Below, in pieces: positions 1 to 14,247 of a stretch of DNA of 64,000 nt (within the stretch, counting starts at the first letter, position 1; each line of letters starts with the position of its first letter). Origin of the DNA: Lytechinus pictus (Eukaryota); the NCBI RefSeq assembly GCF_037042905.1, contig NC_087250.1, forward strand, positions 23,500,001 through 23,564,000. Reading direction: 5' to 3'. The position numbers and the translations under genes are program-made. The notes under the pieces are model-generated. The model made no database searches and was not told the origin of the DNA. It saw only the letters and a program-made list of their open reading frames with translations.

Positions 1-2226
1 CCCTGGAACTCAAGACACTGCCTAGGAGCCTGTCTTTGAGACATGAGTCATAGATGTTAGCACACACTCATGAATGCATGTTTATCCCCTCTTATCATAT
101 TTGCTGATGCTATCCGTGTTTATTTTCATCTCTCCCATCAGGTCGCTTATGACTGGCATGAGGTTTATTTGAATATTGGGGGAGGAAAATATCATATCTC
201 AGGGCATGTCAGTAGGAAAGAAGGGAATTCATATTTCAGGCTTGTTTTCGATGTGGTTTTATTACTTCCGAACTATTGATTAATATTACATCACTTGAAT
301 TTAAATGAAAACTATAATGTTCCACTGAACTTGTGTTGAGTAAGAATTACATTTCCTCACTTGACTTGCATGTTTTGTTTCCTTCGCTTTTTTCTCTTCA
401 ATCCCCGCCCTTTGTAAGAAGTTGTCTATTTGCCTAGGTACAGTCACAATGCTCTCTCTCTATTTCTCTCTCCTCTTTCTTTCTTTCTCTCTCTCTAGTC
501 CATACATTTCATAACCTTCAATTTACCACCATTACATTACATGTTTAGATCCACTACTTTGAATTGAATTTTTGTAGTTCATAATCCAATGCAATGATAA
601 TAACAATTTACAAGTTTACAGTCAATCAGTAATGAATACATACATTGTAGAAAGCAAGGATAATAGGAACCAGAAAAAAGTATGAATGCTAGTCAAGTCT
701 GGCCCCTTCTAGTTTAGGTAGAGAAAAACATGTTTCTTAACTTGTTAGTTAAGAATGAACAACTCATGCGTCTACTAAATATACCCTGTAATATATAAAC
801 AATGCTTACATAACGATTTAACAAAAACTAACGTATTTATATTTTAATCACCATTTACTTTTAATCATGGACCTCGAGTAGTAGTAGGTCTATGTTTTAA
901 TCAACCGAAAGTTATTCCTCCTTCATTTTCTGTCCATATTCACTTGACCTTTAACAGTAACAGATGTGTCAGTTCCACTCCAGTTCATCAATTACATAAT
1001 AACCCCTCTCCCCTTCCCTCTACTCCATTCTACAGGCTTTTCATTCCCTTTTCTTTCCCATTTTACAATCTTCCTACGAACAATACAGGTGTGTGCACAC
1101 AATTTATACACTTAATACACAGTAGACTGGATCCTACAGGTTCGACGCACAACAAAACTTTTCAGAGACGACAAAAGCCGAGGTTACGATTGATTTTCTC
1201 CCCCTAGACCGTTGTAGGTCATTGTAAGCGATCCCGTACACCTCAGGTATCCAATCATCCAGTCGCATGTATGTTAGTGTATATGTAGCATTACAAATTA
1301 TGCAATTGTAACATATCACTAGCGTGTCAACATGTAATTCACAAGAGTATACATGTAAGGAAGGGGATAAGATAAAAGTAAAAAAATATGTATGAACTAT
1401 GAAAAATAACCATAAGTTTACTAGGTTAATATGAACTTTAATGAAGGTGCTGTGCTTAGCCATGTCTATGGTATGTACAATACAATCTAATTGCATGAAT
1501 GTGTGTGTACTGTACACATAGTAATAAACTGTAAACGGAATCATAAACATATAACCAACAAAAGGTATTATCACTATGATGTAAATGTAAGAAGATAAGT
1601 TTTAATTATTTTAATTTTAAATAATATGAACGATGTAAAACAGCCACATGAAGGGGGGTGTAACTTCGCCCTTGATGTGTCTAGCCATGTCTTTACAGAC
1701 TTAAGTTTACCCCTCCTATAACCAATGGATGACACATAAGATGGCCACGGTGAAATAAATTATGTTTGGAATGGCCGCAGTATGATAACATCATCATACT
1801 GAAATTAACTTTGCATTCTATGTTGGTTTTACATGAGCAATTGAGTAAACAGAAGAAACATATTAATCATGCAATAATGGAAGGCTCTGGAGACTGGATG
1901 AACAGATTGTACCCCCCCCCCTCCTCCCCTCCCACACACACACACACACAATGTGGATCAGGCAAAGAATTTTATTTCATATTTTCAAGGGTGGGGGCTA
2001 CTTTTTTTACAACCTAATCCCTGATTCTACAACTTAAGATACAGCTTTAAGCTTTAACATTGCAATGAATGGAGATTTCCTGGGCTCCTTTTAAATTTTT
2101 CATGGTTCTTTTGAGTATCAACCTGATGAGTCCTCATGTAAAGGTTTCCCTGAAGCAAATAGTACATCTGTACATGAAAAAAAAATCTTGAATTAACAAC
2201 AAAAACCTGGCACATGTTGGCTTTGA

Positions 2227-2623
2227 TACCCCTTTCATAAACCCAATAAAACCCAATTATGCGGCTAATAGCAGCATAATTTGGTCGTAAAATCAGAGGA
2301 CAAGAGTTATCCGCATTATTCTGATGCTGCTATTATCCGCATAATAGCAGCATCGGGACAAGATTTTGAGTTTATGAACGTATTTCCAAATAATGCGGAT
2401 AATTGCCATGGTGCGGTCACAAGGTCACCCTTATCCAACACAACCGCATCGGAGGGGGCGTGTCCAGTTGTCATGAGGATTATCCGCCTTTTTCAGGACG
2501 GGCGCTCGTAAAAATAATGTGGATAATTTTCGGAGTTTGTGAACGCAATTTTTATTGAATTATCCGCATTACTCTTAGGCGGCTAATTGGAGGATAGGTT
2601 TTATTGGGATTATGAAAGGGGTA
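2227..2623. mobile_element. PIF/Harbinger-like MITE
   Basis: 27-bp TIR TACCCCTTTCATAAACCCAATAAAACC (1 mismatch); TGA/TTA flanks; internal ATTATCCGC repeats. Confidence 0.8.
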
Positions 2624-4449
2624 TTAGTTTCATCAATAACTTTCAAACTTGAAAGTTATTGCAATGATGAACATTTTCAGGCAGGTTCCCTGCAGGGAGT
2701 TTAAGGACAGGAGAACTTTTATTTACCAATGATTTTTCTCCCTGCATTTCATGGCTCATCAAAACATAGCTTGAAGCTATTTTTCATCCAGATATATCCC
2801 CCGATTCTTTCTCCTTCCTATTGCACAGCAACCCGCCGGCAACTTCCGCCCTTCTCATCATCTTTACCGAATTAATTAAAGATATCCCCCGTCTCGGCAC
2901 TCGGAATTGAAGCCAAGCGAACTTTTTTTCATGTGCGTGTCGGCCAATCCCTCAAAACAACGTCGCAAGCATGATAGATTGGTCAGGGATATGTATAGAC
3001 CCCCTTTTTCCCCTTCATGCAATATTAGCATCTAATTCAATTTTTAAAAGCCGCTTCGACAACTAATCAAGCACGCCGATAGCCGGGTTCTGACTGGTAT
3101 GTTAAACAATGGATGGGTTCACACCGTTACCATGGAAACTTGGGAGTTTTGGGTAGCTTGGTGTTGTTTACTAGATCATGTTGATTATGGTTCGCTCCAT
3201 CATAGCTTCGCCATGAAGATCAGATTTCTTTGATGAGTAGATGATCACCTTAAATGAGAAAGCCTAGTCTAAAAAAATCTTGAATCAGACATTAATCTTG
3301 CAAAAGATTGATAGTATACTGACAAAATCTTATGTAAACTAAGTTTTTCTTCCTGCAAAAAAATCCTTTCCTATAATTAATTAGGTGTATGATCTTTATT
3401 GACTGCAATTATCTGAAGTTATTTTTCTATTCATAAAAATTCAGAGTATTATTGTTATCCACATTATTTAGTACCACATTCAGGCATTACTAGTAGCAGT
3501 CATGGGGATCCATTGCCTAACTGTTCAACCATCAGACCATGCATGCAGATAATATTTTCATTAATTATTCATGACTGTATTCAAAGATACAACAAATTAA
3601 ACATACATCTACGTGTATCTATCCCCGTAATGTCACTGGAACATGTACATTGAACAGTACATGAGAAATCAGATTGCTTTTACTACATAATTTATGTAAA
3701 AAAGGGGGAAAAAATACGCTATTGCCGGTATGTGAAGATCACAAAGACATAAAAACAATAACCATGGACCAGAAGAAATTTGAACATACATCTATCATGC
3801 ATCTAAGACAAACATATCATCCAATGAATAAGTACAGAAAATAAGTAATCATAATGTATTGATTTCTTCTTCCGAATTCTTCAGCAATAAGAAAAAAATG
3901 CTGATGTGAACATCGCCGAGACACGAACAACGTGACCGTGGTCCCCAAGCTAGAACGCTCCATCACGAGGTGCGAGATCTTGATTGCTCGACGGTTCGAC
4001 CGGGGACCGTCAAAGTCCCCCTCTGTAATTGAGGGGCAGAGAGTTATGAAATATGCAATTTCAGCGAGGCAGCTGCATGCATCGACATGCATGTCTGCGG
4101 GCTTGGTTCAGGTAATAACACGGGCAATGATGGGGGACTGTGTATTATGGAGGGGGGCAGGAGGGAATCCTGATTGGAAATCTGAGTGTCTTGGATAATT
4201 GTATGCAAATTTATGCATGAATCGTGATCATTTTCTATTAATCTCTGTTTGAATAGGAAAGCATGTGAATAAATTCATTAATAATGAAGAGATGTTTAAA
4301 AGACAATCAGTTTACATGTAGCTATCAAATAGTGCTTATGGCGTACATTTATCGTACATGATTAATACAGAGTTTCCAAGAAGCGGTACATGATGTACAT
4401 TAGCTTTGGTGTATTATCACTGTCAGTGTCAGTGCCGTCAAATTCTGGC

Positions 4450-4740
4450 TACTAGGATGGATGTACTTCTCCACTCCCTGGGGAGTATTTCACAGTAGTG
4501 GTTCCATACATGTATATGTGCCAATGCCATGCATCCGCATTTTGTCTAATCAGCCTTCTCTCCATCTTGGCTGTCCATGGCATCGATCAGGCTTTTGTGA
4601 AACTGGGCCTCTGATCACCAAGAATACCTATTTCCACATAACCTGGGTGAAGAGTGGCAAATGGATGCCTTCCCAAAGGATAGTGGTATTGAGCCAAGGT
4701 GGGATTTCATCCAGGGACCTTCTCATCGTAATTCCAGGGT
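4450..4740 (-). mobile_element. Degenerate SINE related to the 50050 element
   Basis: Reverse complement contains TTGCCACTCTTCACCCAGG and CCCAGGGAGTGGAGAAG, both shared with 50050-50780. Confidence 0.5.
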
Positions 4741-6900
4741 TCTTCGGAAACTGATCATCAAGAACACCTCAAAGGTTCTTTTCACAAGTACAAACAACAA
4801 TGAAGAAGTGATAGAAGGAATGTCGACCCAGATGGATAACTCTTGAAGCAGATCCATAAAGCTGAAAACCTGATCGATCAAAGGCTTCAAGTTCAAGATC
4901 CTAACTTATTCATAGCCTCTTCTACTCCACCTAATCATTTTCTGACGAACCGCTGCATCAAAAATTGAAAGGAACTCGCATGGCTGGAATAACAAATTGC
5001 GTAAACTTTGAGAGAGAAAGATTGGTTAATGTTGTCCTGCCATAGAATTAGCCCTGTCCCTGACATAGCAACAGACTGGCAAATAGATTAGTGGGTCAGG
5101 ACGAGAGCAAATGATTTTTTTAGACATTTGACTACTTTACAGTCAAATTGGACCAGAACAGTCATCCCTGTGTGTATTAGCTAGGTACAGATTTGCAAAA
5201 ACAAATTCAGAGTTGCGCAAAACTGACTAGGCCTACATGTAGTTTGTTCTTGGAGTGTACGTGTAGAAGCTTGGTTGTATGAAAGTTCACCATGCCATTT
5301 TGATTTATCTCTTTTCTTGCATTGGATAACTACAACATAAATTCTTACAAAGACATAATTGGAGGACTTAACAATGCTAAACTAGGCAAGAACACAGAAT
5401 CTTCCCTGACTAGACCTTTTAAATCAACTATTTTCCAATCTTGGTAAACCACAGCTGATCCCCCACAAATCCTGACCAACCATTTACTTTAGCTCCACAA
5501 GCCATCCCCCCAAATCAGACCAACCAATGTTTACTTCAAATCACAATATTTGTCCTGAACTTGCCTACTTTTGTTTATTGAGAAGATCCAGAGGTATATC
5601 TTCAAGAGGCCATTGTAAGGGGAAGCCCCAACCTCATTTTACCCCCCCCCCCCTCCACCAAAAGGTAATTTCAAGCAGAGGCAGAGAGTATTCATAATGA
5701 CCCCCCCCCCCTCCTCCCGTACCATAGGCCCACATACATGTACATTCTTGGAATCTTCTACACACTCCCTACATGTATATATTCACAAATTATGATCACG
5801 AATATGGAATTAAAAAGAGAATTTATGTCTTATGACACGAATTCTTCTCATCATATTAGATATGTGATAAGAATGCATGTACAGGTCTTGTACGCTAGTT
5901 TATAGGGTACACCACTGACTACATGTACGTACGTGTACAAAGCAGTGATGCTCAATGATTGTCATACAGCATCATATGCAGCCAAATGACAATCTTGAAA
6001 GGGAATCACAGTTCATGCTTAGCTCTCAAATCATTCAATCCACTCTCAATTTTCCTGACATAATTCCACGCTGACACAAAGCTTTCTATTTTCCGAAGGT
6101 AAACAAACAGAAAGTGGAGGGATAAGAAGAAAACCCTTTAGAAACCTTACAAAAAGTGGGTAGATTTGTTGTATGTAAATGAGTGTTATACTACATAGAA
6201 ACCAATTGGAGTAATTCCCATGATAGATCTTTAAAGGGCTTTTACCATCGCTCTCCAAGGCCGTAGGAATTACTCATCGCTGATTCTTCCAACTCCTGAG
6301 TTTCTTTTGATATGTGATATAAAGGTGCTGCTGCTTGCATTACCAAAAGATTTAGATTTCATTTCAGTTTTTGTATACAAAATTCCTTACAACCATTACA
6401 GTACTACGCCAATAATCATCCTTCACTGTTTAGCCAATCTTTTGCAATTGCTGTTATGTAGCCTTTTTTTTTTCTCTCATTACTTTTGGTACAAATACAT
6501 TGAAACAATCAAAATATTAATTCTTCAAGGCACATTTGGCAATCCGAAGAAAGGGCTTGAGCATCTTAGAACTGAGGCTGGGTATATTCTTCATTTGGAA
6601 ACAAAATTTAACAAATAATTCAAAATAAATAATGTACAACGAATTGAAAAAAAAACTAAGTCCATGTATTGTAAGTATACTTCAGGCCGCAGGTGTATGT
6701 AAAGTCACGTTTTAATTGACAAAATTTGAAAATGGTGAAATTAATGTTTGTCAACCACAAGAAGGGCAATTTTAATAATTTTAGTTTCAACAAATCTAAT
6801 ATTATTTGGGTAGCGAGATCGCTGTTTCATCTTCTTTTGGCATCATTGGTATGCTCTGTTTTTTACAGACAGACATTTCCAAAATACAAATTTGACAACA

Positions 6901-7505
6901 AAGTAGTAGTCTACCCCAGAAAAATGTTTTTTTTTAATCAATAGAGAAAAATCAAGCAAGCATAACACTGAAAATTTTATCAAAGTCAGATGGAAAATAA
7001 GAAAGTTATGACATTTTTAAGTGTTGCTTATTTTTCCCAAATCGGTTCTTTATGCTCAACTCAGTGATATGCAAATGAGAGAGTTGATGATGTCACTCAC
7101 TCACTATTTCTTTTGTTTTTTATTGTTTGAAATATACAATATTTCATTTTTTATGGTTTTGACAATAATGACCATCGTGTTTGAACCACAAAATGTTAAA
7201 GCAATCAAATTCCACATGTTAAGGGAGGAATTAAACTTTGCTCACATGACAATGAGGAGAAAATTCAAATATTTCATATTTCATATAATAAACTACAAAA
7301 GAAATAGTGAGTGGTTGATGTCATCGGTCCCCTCATTTGCCTACTGACCATGATGTGCATATAAACTGTTGGTGAAATTTAACAAAACTTCAAAATGTCA
7401 TAACTTTCTTATTTTAGATCCGATTTTGATGAAATTTACAGTGTTATGCTTCTTTGACTTTTCTTTCTTATTCAAATCAAATTTTTGTTGGGGTGGACTT
7501 GTCCT
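6901..7505. mobile_element. Family A TTAA MITE, inverted relative to the 21540 copy
   Basis: Shares the internal sequence; ends GGACTTGTCCT-TTAA; left end degenerate. Confidence 0.8.
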
Positions 7506-9935
7506 TTAACAAAACCTCAGACTTGTAAGGATAAGTAAAAGTATCTGACTCAAGATAATGATGATAGTGAACCTGGAGTGGCAATGGAATGTTTTTGTTT
7601 TCATTTCAAAACTACACAGAGCCAACAGGGGGAGGCGAGGCGGTAATGACCGAGATTTATTTCTGAGCAAGCACCACAATCCGTCAAGTTACTGAAGTCT
7701 GGACTTTCTCCAAAAGTTTGGAGGAATAAAATGCAAGTAAAGAATTTTGGGAAGAAATGTAGTAAAAACGTCCTCTGACATGAGATATGGGCCTGGTATG
7801 AAGATTTGTGGTTATTTTGTGGAAGGAATGTAGGTAAAAGGTTTTGAAACCATCAATGTTGGAGGTAATCACATGATACAATAATTACTCAATTTGTGTC
7901 TGTGAAGCTTTCATCGATTGAAATAATAATTGTGGATTGTAAATTGAATATTGTTATGGGGACTGTGGTGGATGTCTATTTAAATTCAAATAAACTGGAT
8001 CTAATTTCCTGTGAGAAAAATTAATGTTTTACATGCACATTAAATTGTGTATCTATAGGAAGAAAGGCATACAGGTAGGGAGAAATAGTGCTTGATTGCT
8101 CTGAATTTTCTATCATTATCTCCCCCCACCCCCCCCCCCCAATCTCTCTCTCCCTCATCCCTCATCCCCCATAACCTTACTTAACCTAATTTCTCTCATG
8201 TCTCTTCTTTTGTCCCCATTAACTATTCATCAAATCAACGTCAATTTCACCTCGGAATATGTGGGATTTTACGTTTATGGGAACAATCTAACACAAGCAT
8301 GGACTCACTGTTTTTACCAATTCCATCAATACACTAAACAAGAGAACTGTCAAATCTCTACTCCCAACTCCATGGTCAAATCTACATCTGCACACTGATA
8401 CTGTATCTGGCTCAATACAGGTTTTATAATGCAGTAAAGAAGAAATTCATTATTCATGATATTTGAAACATTTTCAAATTTGATTTTTGTGCTCTAATAA
8501 ACCTTGTTTATCTATCATCACGTCCATGAGAAGTGAGTGAAGAATTCATCACATTTGTTATTTCTTTCTGATTTAGTGACAATAAAAACTTGCTTTGGTT
8601 TTTTTCTGGTACTTTCAAGAATGAACATTGATGATTATCATGAGATTTAGGCCCTTATGTATTACTGAAAACATTGGTAATTATTATCAGAAGTCATACA
8701 ATTTTTTTTACTTTTTTGTGCATAAAAAATAACACAAGTTTGAATATATCATACAATTATTCATTCATTAATTTTTTTTAATAGCAGAGATTACTCAATT
8801 GCAGTGAATTAAATATTTTGGCAAAAAAAAATAGTATTTTGTATTCAGACCAATATACATGAAAACTGTGCTGCTAAAATGTGAAAAGAAATTCGAGTAT
8901 ACAGGGAATAATTTTCCTGGTATCGCATCGCAATTTGCTCCACAATTTTTTTTTATGCTATGCATAAAGTCTTTTGTATCTAGCATATTTTTACATAGGA
9001 CTGTACATTACTTAGTTGAGAGCTTTTCTCTTATGACTAAAAATGCTATTCAAATTTGTAAAGCAAAATTATTCCCAGGTATATTACCTTTATTTTTCTA
9101 TTCATCATGTATTTAGCTGTTACAGTACATCTATGAGAGAAACCTGCCATTTCCAATACTCCCCTTTGGGCTGTAATGATATCACCCACCACAACAAACT
9201 CTTGCTTTCCAAACATTCGTCTACATAGCTCATCTTCCCTAGGAAAACTAAGGAAGAAACCTAAAGCTCCTCTAAATTCCTTCCACCTTCTCAAACAAGA
9301 AGTCGAGAGCGAGGATTACATTAATACGACATCTGCCGGGCAAATGTTCGCAGCGGCATCGCCTATCGCTGGGACATTTGTCAGTAGGTTAGAGACCCAG
9401 CGACCGCTAGGGCAAGCTGGTAGTGTAGTCTAGAGTCAGGTCCTGTCGCTGTCTGGAGTTGAACTTGGCCCAGCGGGTGGCCCATTAGTGGAGACCATGG
9501 TTGATTCTCTACAGGTTTCTGCGGATGTGGATTACGGGTCTACAAGGATCGGGTCTCATTGAATTGTACATGTGGGACTAACACTTGTCTGCCATAATAG
9601 TATTTACACCTATATGATGTATTGTATAGGCCTATACATGTCAGGCTTTTTCTGTAGGATTTGTAGTCAACTGGATGCAATTACTGTGTTATGTATTACC
9701 ATACATTTATTACTCATTACAATGAACTGAAGTAGCATTAAATACCTCAATAAAAATAAAATGCCATTGTTCTCAGTTGGTCATGATGTAACATAAATTG
9801 AAGAAAAGTGTAACTTTTAGTACATACATTGTATATAACAATTGACTTCTCTCCATTTCCTTTTTCAAAAAGCAGTGTCAACAACTTACAAGTAGGTTCT
9901 TCATCACTCAATGATTTGAAATGTCAATTTTCTAA

Positions 9936-10175
9936 CCGCCCTTTCACACAGTAAAAAAAGTCGTAATTTGAATGACGATTCCAGTGAAAAATAAGACTAA
10001 TGTCGAATTTTTTGCACTTGTGAAATGAAACCAAACTAGAACTCCAGAGGTGAATTCCAATTAAGTTTCACTAAAATTACGGTATGAATTTTCCGTGTGA
10101 AAGGTACGATGATTCTAAAGACGAAATTCAATCTTAATTACAATTATGATTCAAGATTCACGTGTGAAAAGGCCC
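9936..10175. mobile_element. PIF/Harbinger-like MITE
   Basis: Imperfect TIR GCCCTTTCACAC / GTGTGAAAAGGC; TAA TSD on both sides. Confidence 0.7.
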
Positions 10176-10270
10176 TAAGACACCCTGTAAACCATTAAGA
10201 AATACATTTTTTTGTAAGAAGGGATAAAGCAACTTTGCCATAATAGGCTACATTAAGATTTTTCTACTCA

Positions 10271-10513
10271 CACTGCAAAAACTCCGGTGTTGATTTAACA
10301 CCAGCCCGGAATCTATATATGTCCACACGCGAGAAGTATTCAAACAACACCAGTTTGGAATCGAACCGATGCTCTTTTAATACAAACTGGTGTTGTATAA
10401 ACACCTATCTGGTGTTAGACTAATACCAAAACCGGTGTTGTTTAACACTTCTCTGGTTTGGACATACATAGATTCCAGGCTGGTGTTAAATCAACACCGG
10501 AGTTTTTGCAGTG
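10271..10513. mobile_element. CACTA/EnSpm-like MITE, long palindrome
   Basis: About 55-bp TIR starting CACTGCAAAAACTCCGGTGTTGATTTAACACCAGCC; 2-bp CA TSD. Confidence 0.85.
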
Positions 10514-11389
10514 CAGTTTTATGATGGTTTAAGCTACTTGTAAGTATATTTTGTACCATCCACCATGCATGTTTTCTATGAACATAATTACACAAAAGGC
10601 ATTCCATTCAATGAACATCTGATGACCGATCAAATCAAGACTTTTTAAAATATATAGGCCTGATCGCATACACTGACTGATTTTCTAATTAGCATACACC
10701 AGAAAATACTGATACTAGATTTTGATTACCAGTACGTAAAATTAATGTGAACAAGTGAACTAACACTGAAATCCATAATAAATAGCATGTAACAAATCTA
10801 CAGTGTAGTAATTCCCATGGTTATGCGCCATTTCACACAACACAATTTTTCTTCCACGTTGATAGATTCAATTGAATAAAAGACCTTCTTCTTGCAAACA
10901 GAGAATATCTGCAGTTCTACTTCAGAGAATTCACAAATTAGACCTACTGGTTGAATACTTCAATTGCATTCACCTTGGATTTGGGGATGAAGCTGGAAAA
11001 AAAGTTGTTGATCGAAATTCAATTTTCACTACAAGTTTGGGGAAGCTATAATGACAGTGTATATTTCCAGATTCAAATTCAATTACACTTTCTCATGAGA
11101 GTTCATTGAGAAATAGGATTTACAGGTGTATAAGTGTTCCATGTATAAAACCAGCAAGTCATCAGATTACTTGAAGTCCTGGTTTAGTTCTAAAATGGTT
11201 TTCTGAACTTGAATTTTCATTTAATAGCAGTAATACTTCTTCCCCTCCATATAACCACCCTAACGATTTCTCTTATATTGTTCTCAAATTAATACACAGA
11301 AATGGCTATTTATATTTGCTACATTCTGTGCCTTACTATTTATTAGGCCTACTTCTTTTAAATTCAAATCCTTGATTCATTCCTTCCTG

Positions 11390-12022
11390 TTTCTCTCCCT
11401 CCTCTCATAGACTGTCTCCTCCTTCTCTTTCTTTTTTTCCTCCTTTCTGCCTTTTCCTATTTTGTATTCCTCATCTTCTATGCTTCTTCTCCATCTCTTT
11501 CATCTTCTCCCCATCTTTTTTTCGCAATCATTCACCTAATTCTCCCTACATGAATCAGCCTCCCCTTTCTCCTTCCATTTCCTCCTCCTTCTTTCAATAC
11601 TTTTATTTCTCCACCTTCACCACCTCACTTTCCCCCTCCATCCCCTTCTCCTTCATTCCCTTCCATTTCTCTTTCTCTCCATCCTCCTTCTCTTTCTTCT
11701 TCCATTTCCTCCTCATTCTCCTCCAGTCCCCCTTCTCCTGTTTCTCCACCTCCTTTCATCTTCACTACCTCACTTTCCCCCTCCCTCCCCTTTTCTTCCA
11801 CTTCACTTTCTCTTCATCCTCTTTCTCTTTCTCCTTCCATTTCCTCCTCATTCTCCTCCAGTCCCCCTTCTCCTCCTCCTTCAGTTTCTCCAGCTTCTAT
11901 TCATCTTCACCACCTCACTTCCCCCTCCACCCCCTTCTCTTTCACTCCCTTCCACTTCTCTTTCTCTTCATTCTCCTTCTTCTCTTCCATCTTTTGTTCC
12001 CCTCTTCACCTCTTCTCACCCT
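11390..12022. repeat. Polypyrimidine low-complexity tract with an internal duplication
   Basis: Almost only C/T; TTCCATTTCCTCCTCATTCTCCTCCAGTCCCCCTTCTCC occurs at about 11700 and 11835. Confidence 0.9.
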
Positions 12023-14086
12023 CAAAGTCATGTTCACAGTGCAAGTACACCAAAGTACACTCAGCTCTGTCCAATAAATATATAACAATAATCCCCAATA
12101 ATATTAAAATTAATGTCCCCCTGACAAGTATTTATAAACACCCTTTTCATCTCCAAAACATTGCATATTTTTTTAAACCATGGGGAGAGGGCCAGCCACC
12201 CACAATGGGATCCAAGTACAATCTATATTATGAGGTCACGAAGGTCAGAAATCAACAAATTCCATGACAAATGACTTACAAAAGGTTTATGCAAACGCAG
12301 GTTTATCAAAATAGTAATTCACTTCGAGAGAAGCAAACCACAAATCCTGATTGAATAACTTTTGGGGGATTCAAATAGCATTTGATAGACCCCAAAATAG
12401 TCAAAGTATTGGAGGAAACTCAAGAAATTCTTTTTATCAAAATTGGTAAAAATATATAAAAAAGCATTTAAAAATACTTTAAATATTCATAAATAAACAT
12501 AAGTTTATGATTTATAAAATAGGATTCAACATTAATAATGAACAATTTCAGTTTTCACTTCATATTATGAAAATTCATGTCAGAACTGAGCAGAAAGAAC
12601 TAAATGAATTTTGAAGAAAAAAAAAGTAAACTTTCATTTATAATCAATCTTGATTTGTTTTATCTAGGACTATACCGATTTTGCACAAATAATACTAGTA
12701 CATCCATAATGTGGGATAAATCCTAAATTTCATCAGTCTTACAAAAATACAAATTCATACTGCAAGTCTGCAACAATTATCAAATTACACAATAGTTATT
12801 AAATCTAGATTGTACAAAAATTAATGATAAAAAATAATTGGAAAATATTGCAAAAATATTACAAACAATTAACAATGTCTAATGAATAATGGCCCTATTC
12901 AAATTACAACAAAATACAGATTAAAATGTCTTAGTAATTTAAGATGATTATCACAAAAGGCATTTCGTATTCAAGAAGAAATACAAAGACCCAATTGAGA
13001 GTTTGAGAATAGTTATCTCGGGAGCTCATTAAAATTCAGTCGAATACAACGGACTCGGATCAGACTCTCCACGGAAAGAAAGGGGTTCATTAATCCTTAT
13101 AATCGCCCACTATCATAACAAATGCCATTGTTTCCCCTACTCTATTAGTAAGGTATCCATTCCCTATAGAACCTGTATAATGCGCTACTCTATCGCCTAT
13201 TTTATCGAACAAAACAGCCTTTGGAATTGGTTATTGAGAGGAGAGAAAGTGGGGAAGAGCGAGAGAGAGTGATGAAGAAAATCGAATCGCATTAGCCGGG
13301 ATACAGCCGTCGGGGTTCGCCGGGGTCAACGAAGCGAATAACTCGTTGGCAATTTTAGCGGCTTGTGGGCAACGCAGCTGTGTGGAGTTTCGACCCAGTG
13401 CAAGTTGAAGCGATGCGGGCCGGAACAAAAACAGTAATGAACTCGTTATAATAGGGGCTTTTTTAAAGAGGTTTTGGGCCGACTAACTTGAATAGTAAGT
13501 GCAGATTAGTTAGAATAACAAAGGAAGATCTAAACTATGGCATCAAGATGAGTAATATAGCTGTCAAAAAGAGATGAAAGAGCGACCTGACTCGCAAAAA
13601 CTTTGGAGTCGTTAAAACCGCGATTACGTCCATGTGGTCGTAAAGAGAAGATCAACATAATGGTGGAAGCAATACAAAGCATTGGCACTTCCGATTGCCG
13701 TAAAAGTGTAATTCAGAGAACAGATTTCGAATCAAAAAGACACATCAATATTGGTCAAAACCCATGCATGTTTAGTCATGATTTCATAAATATCCAAACA
13801 AGAAACAAACTGACGTACATTTCGATTTATCCACAACAATCAAAATGTTTGTGGGTATCAATTTATATTGAAACTTAATGAAAGACCACTACAACTTTTC
13901 AAACAAGTAATGAATTCCTTTTAGTTTTTACAAGTGGTCTAAAAACACCAAGAGTGAAGCCAGAAAACTTTCAGACTGAGCTGAGAACTTATAAAGTTAT
14001 ACAGAACTTCACAAACCAAAGTAATAACGTCAGACATAAAACAAACAGTCTCTAACAAACTGAAACTTGAAATAAAATGAACTTAC

Positions 14087-14247
14087 TTAGAGTTGTTTTT
14101 GTCCCAAGCAATCGGCTGTAGAGTTTTAGCCAGGGTGACGCTCCAAAGTAAAAGCAAAGCGTTCACAAAAAATATGATTCCAGATTTAGCCTTGGGTAAC
14201 GCCATTGGACTTGGCCAGCTGAATTTAGTCCTGGAAAGTTGAGACAT
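14087..14247 (-). CDS. Efn: Ephrin, first coding exon (signal peptide plus start of the ephrin receptor-binding domain); later exons lie beyond the window start
   Basis: Translates (MSQLSRTKFSWPSP)MALPKAKSGIIFFVNALLLLWSVTLAKTLQPIAWDKNNS-K: a hydrophobic signal peptide followed by a motif like ephrin-B KNLEPVSWSSLNPK / VLEPIYWNSSNSK. The exon ends AA|GTAAGT (donor 14086-14081), phase 2 in the Lys codon, matching the ephrin exon-1 boundary as I recall it. Alternative ATG at 14205. Confidence 0.8.

Noticed and set aside
1134..1574. 146-aa minus-strand ORF
   Set aside because: AT-rich, no domain and no clear splice signals; not ephrin exon 2.
2121..2160. Hammerhead ribozyme core CTGATGAG
   Set aside because: No stem II closed by GAAA and no stems I/III found.
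4750..4955. Possible minus-strand exon after the acceptor-like TTTTTGATGCAG
   Set aside because: No ephrin-like translation and no convincing donor.
11550..12077. 175-aa Phe/Ser/Leu-rich ORF
   Set aside because: Comes from a polypyrimidine tract that lacks stop codons by composition.
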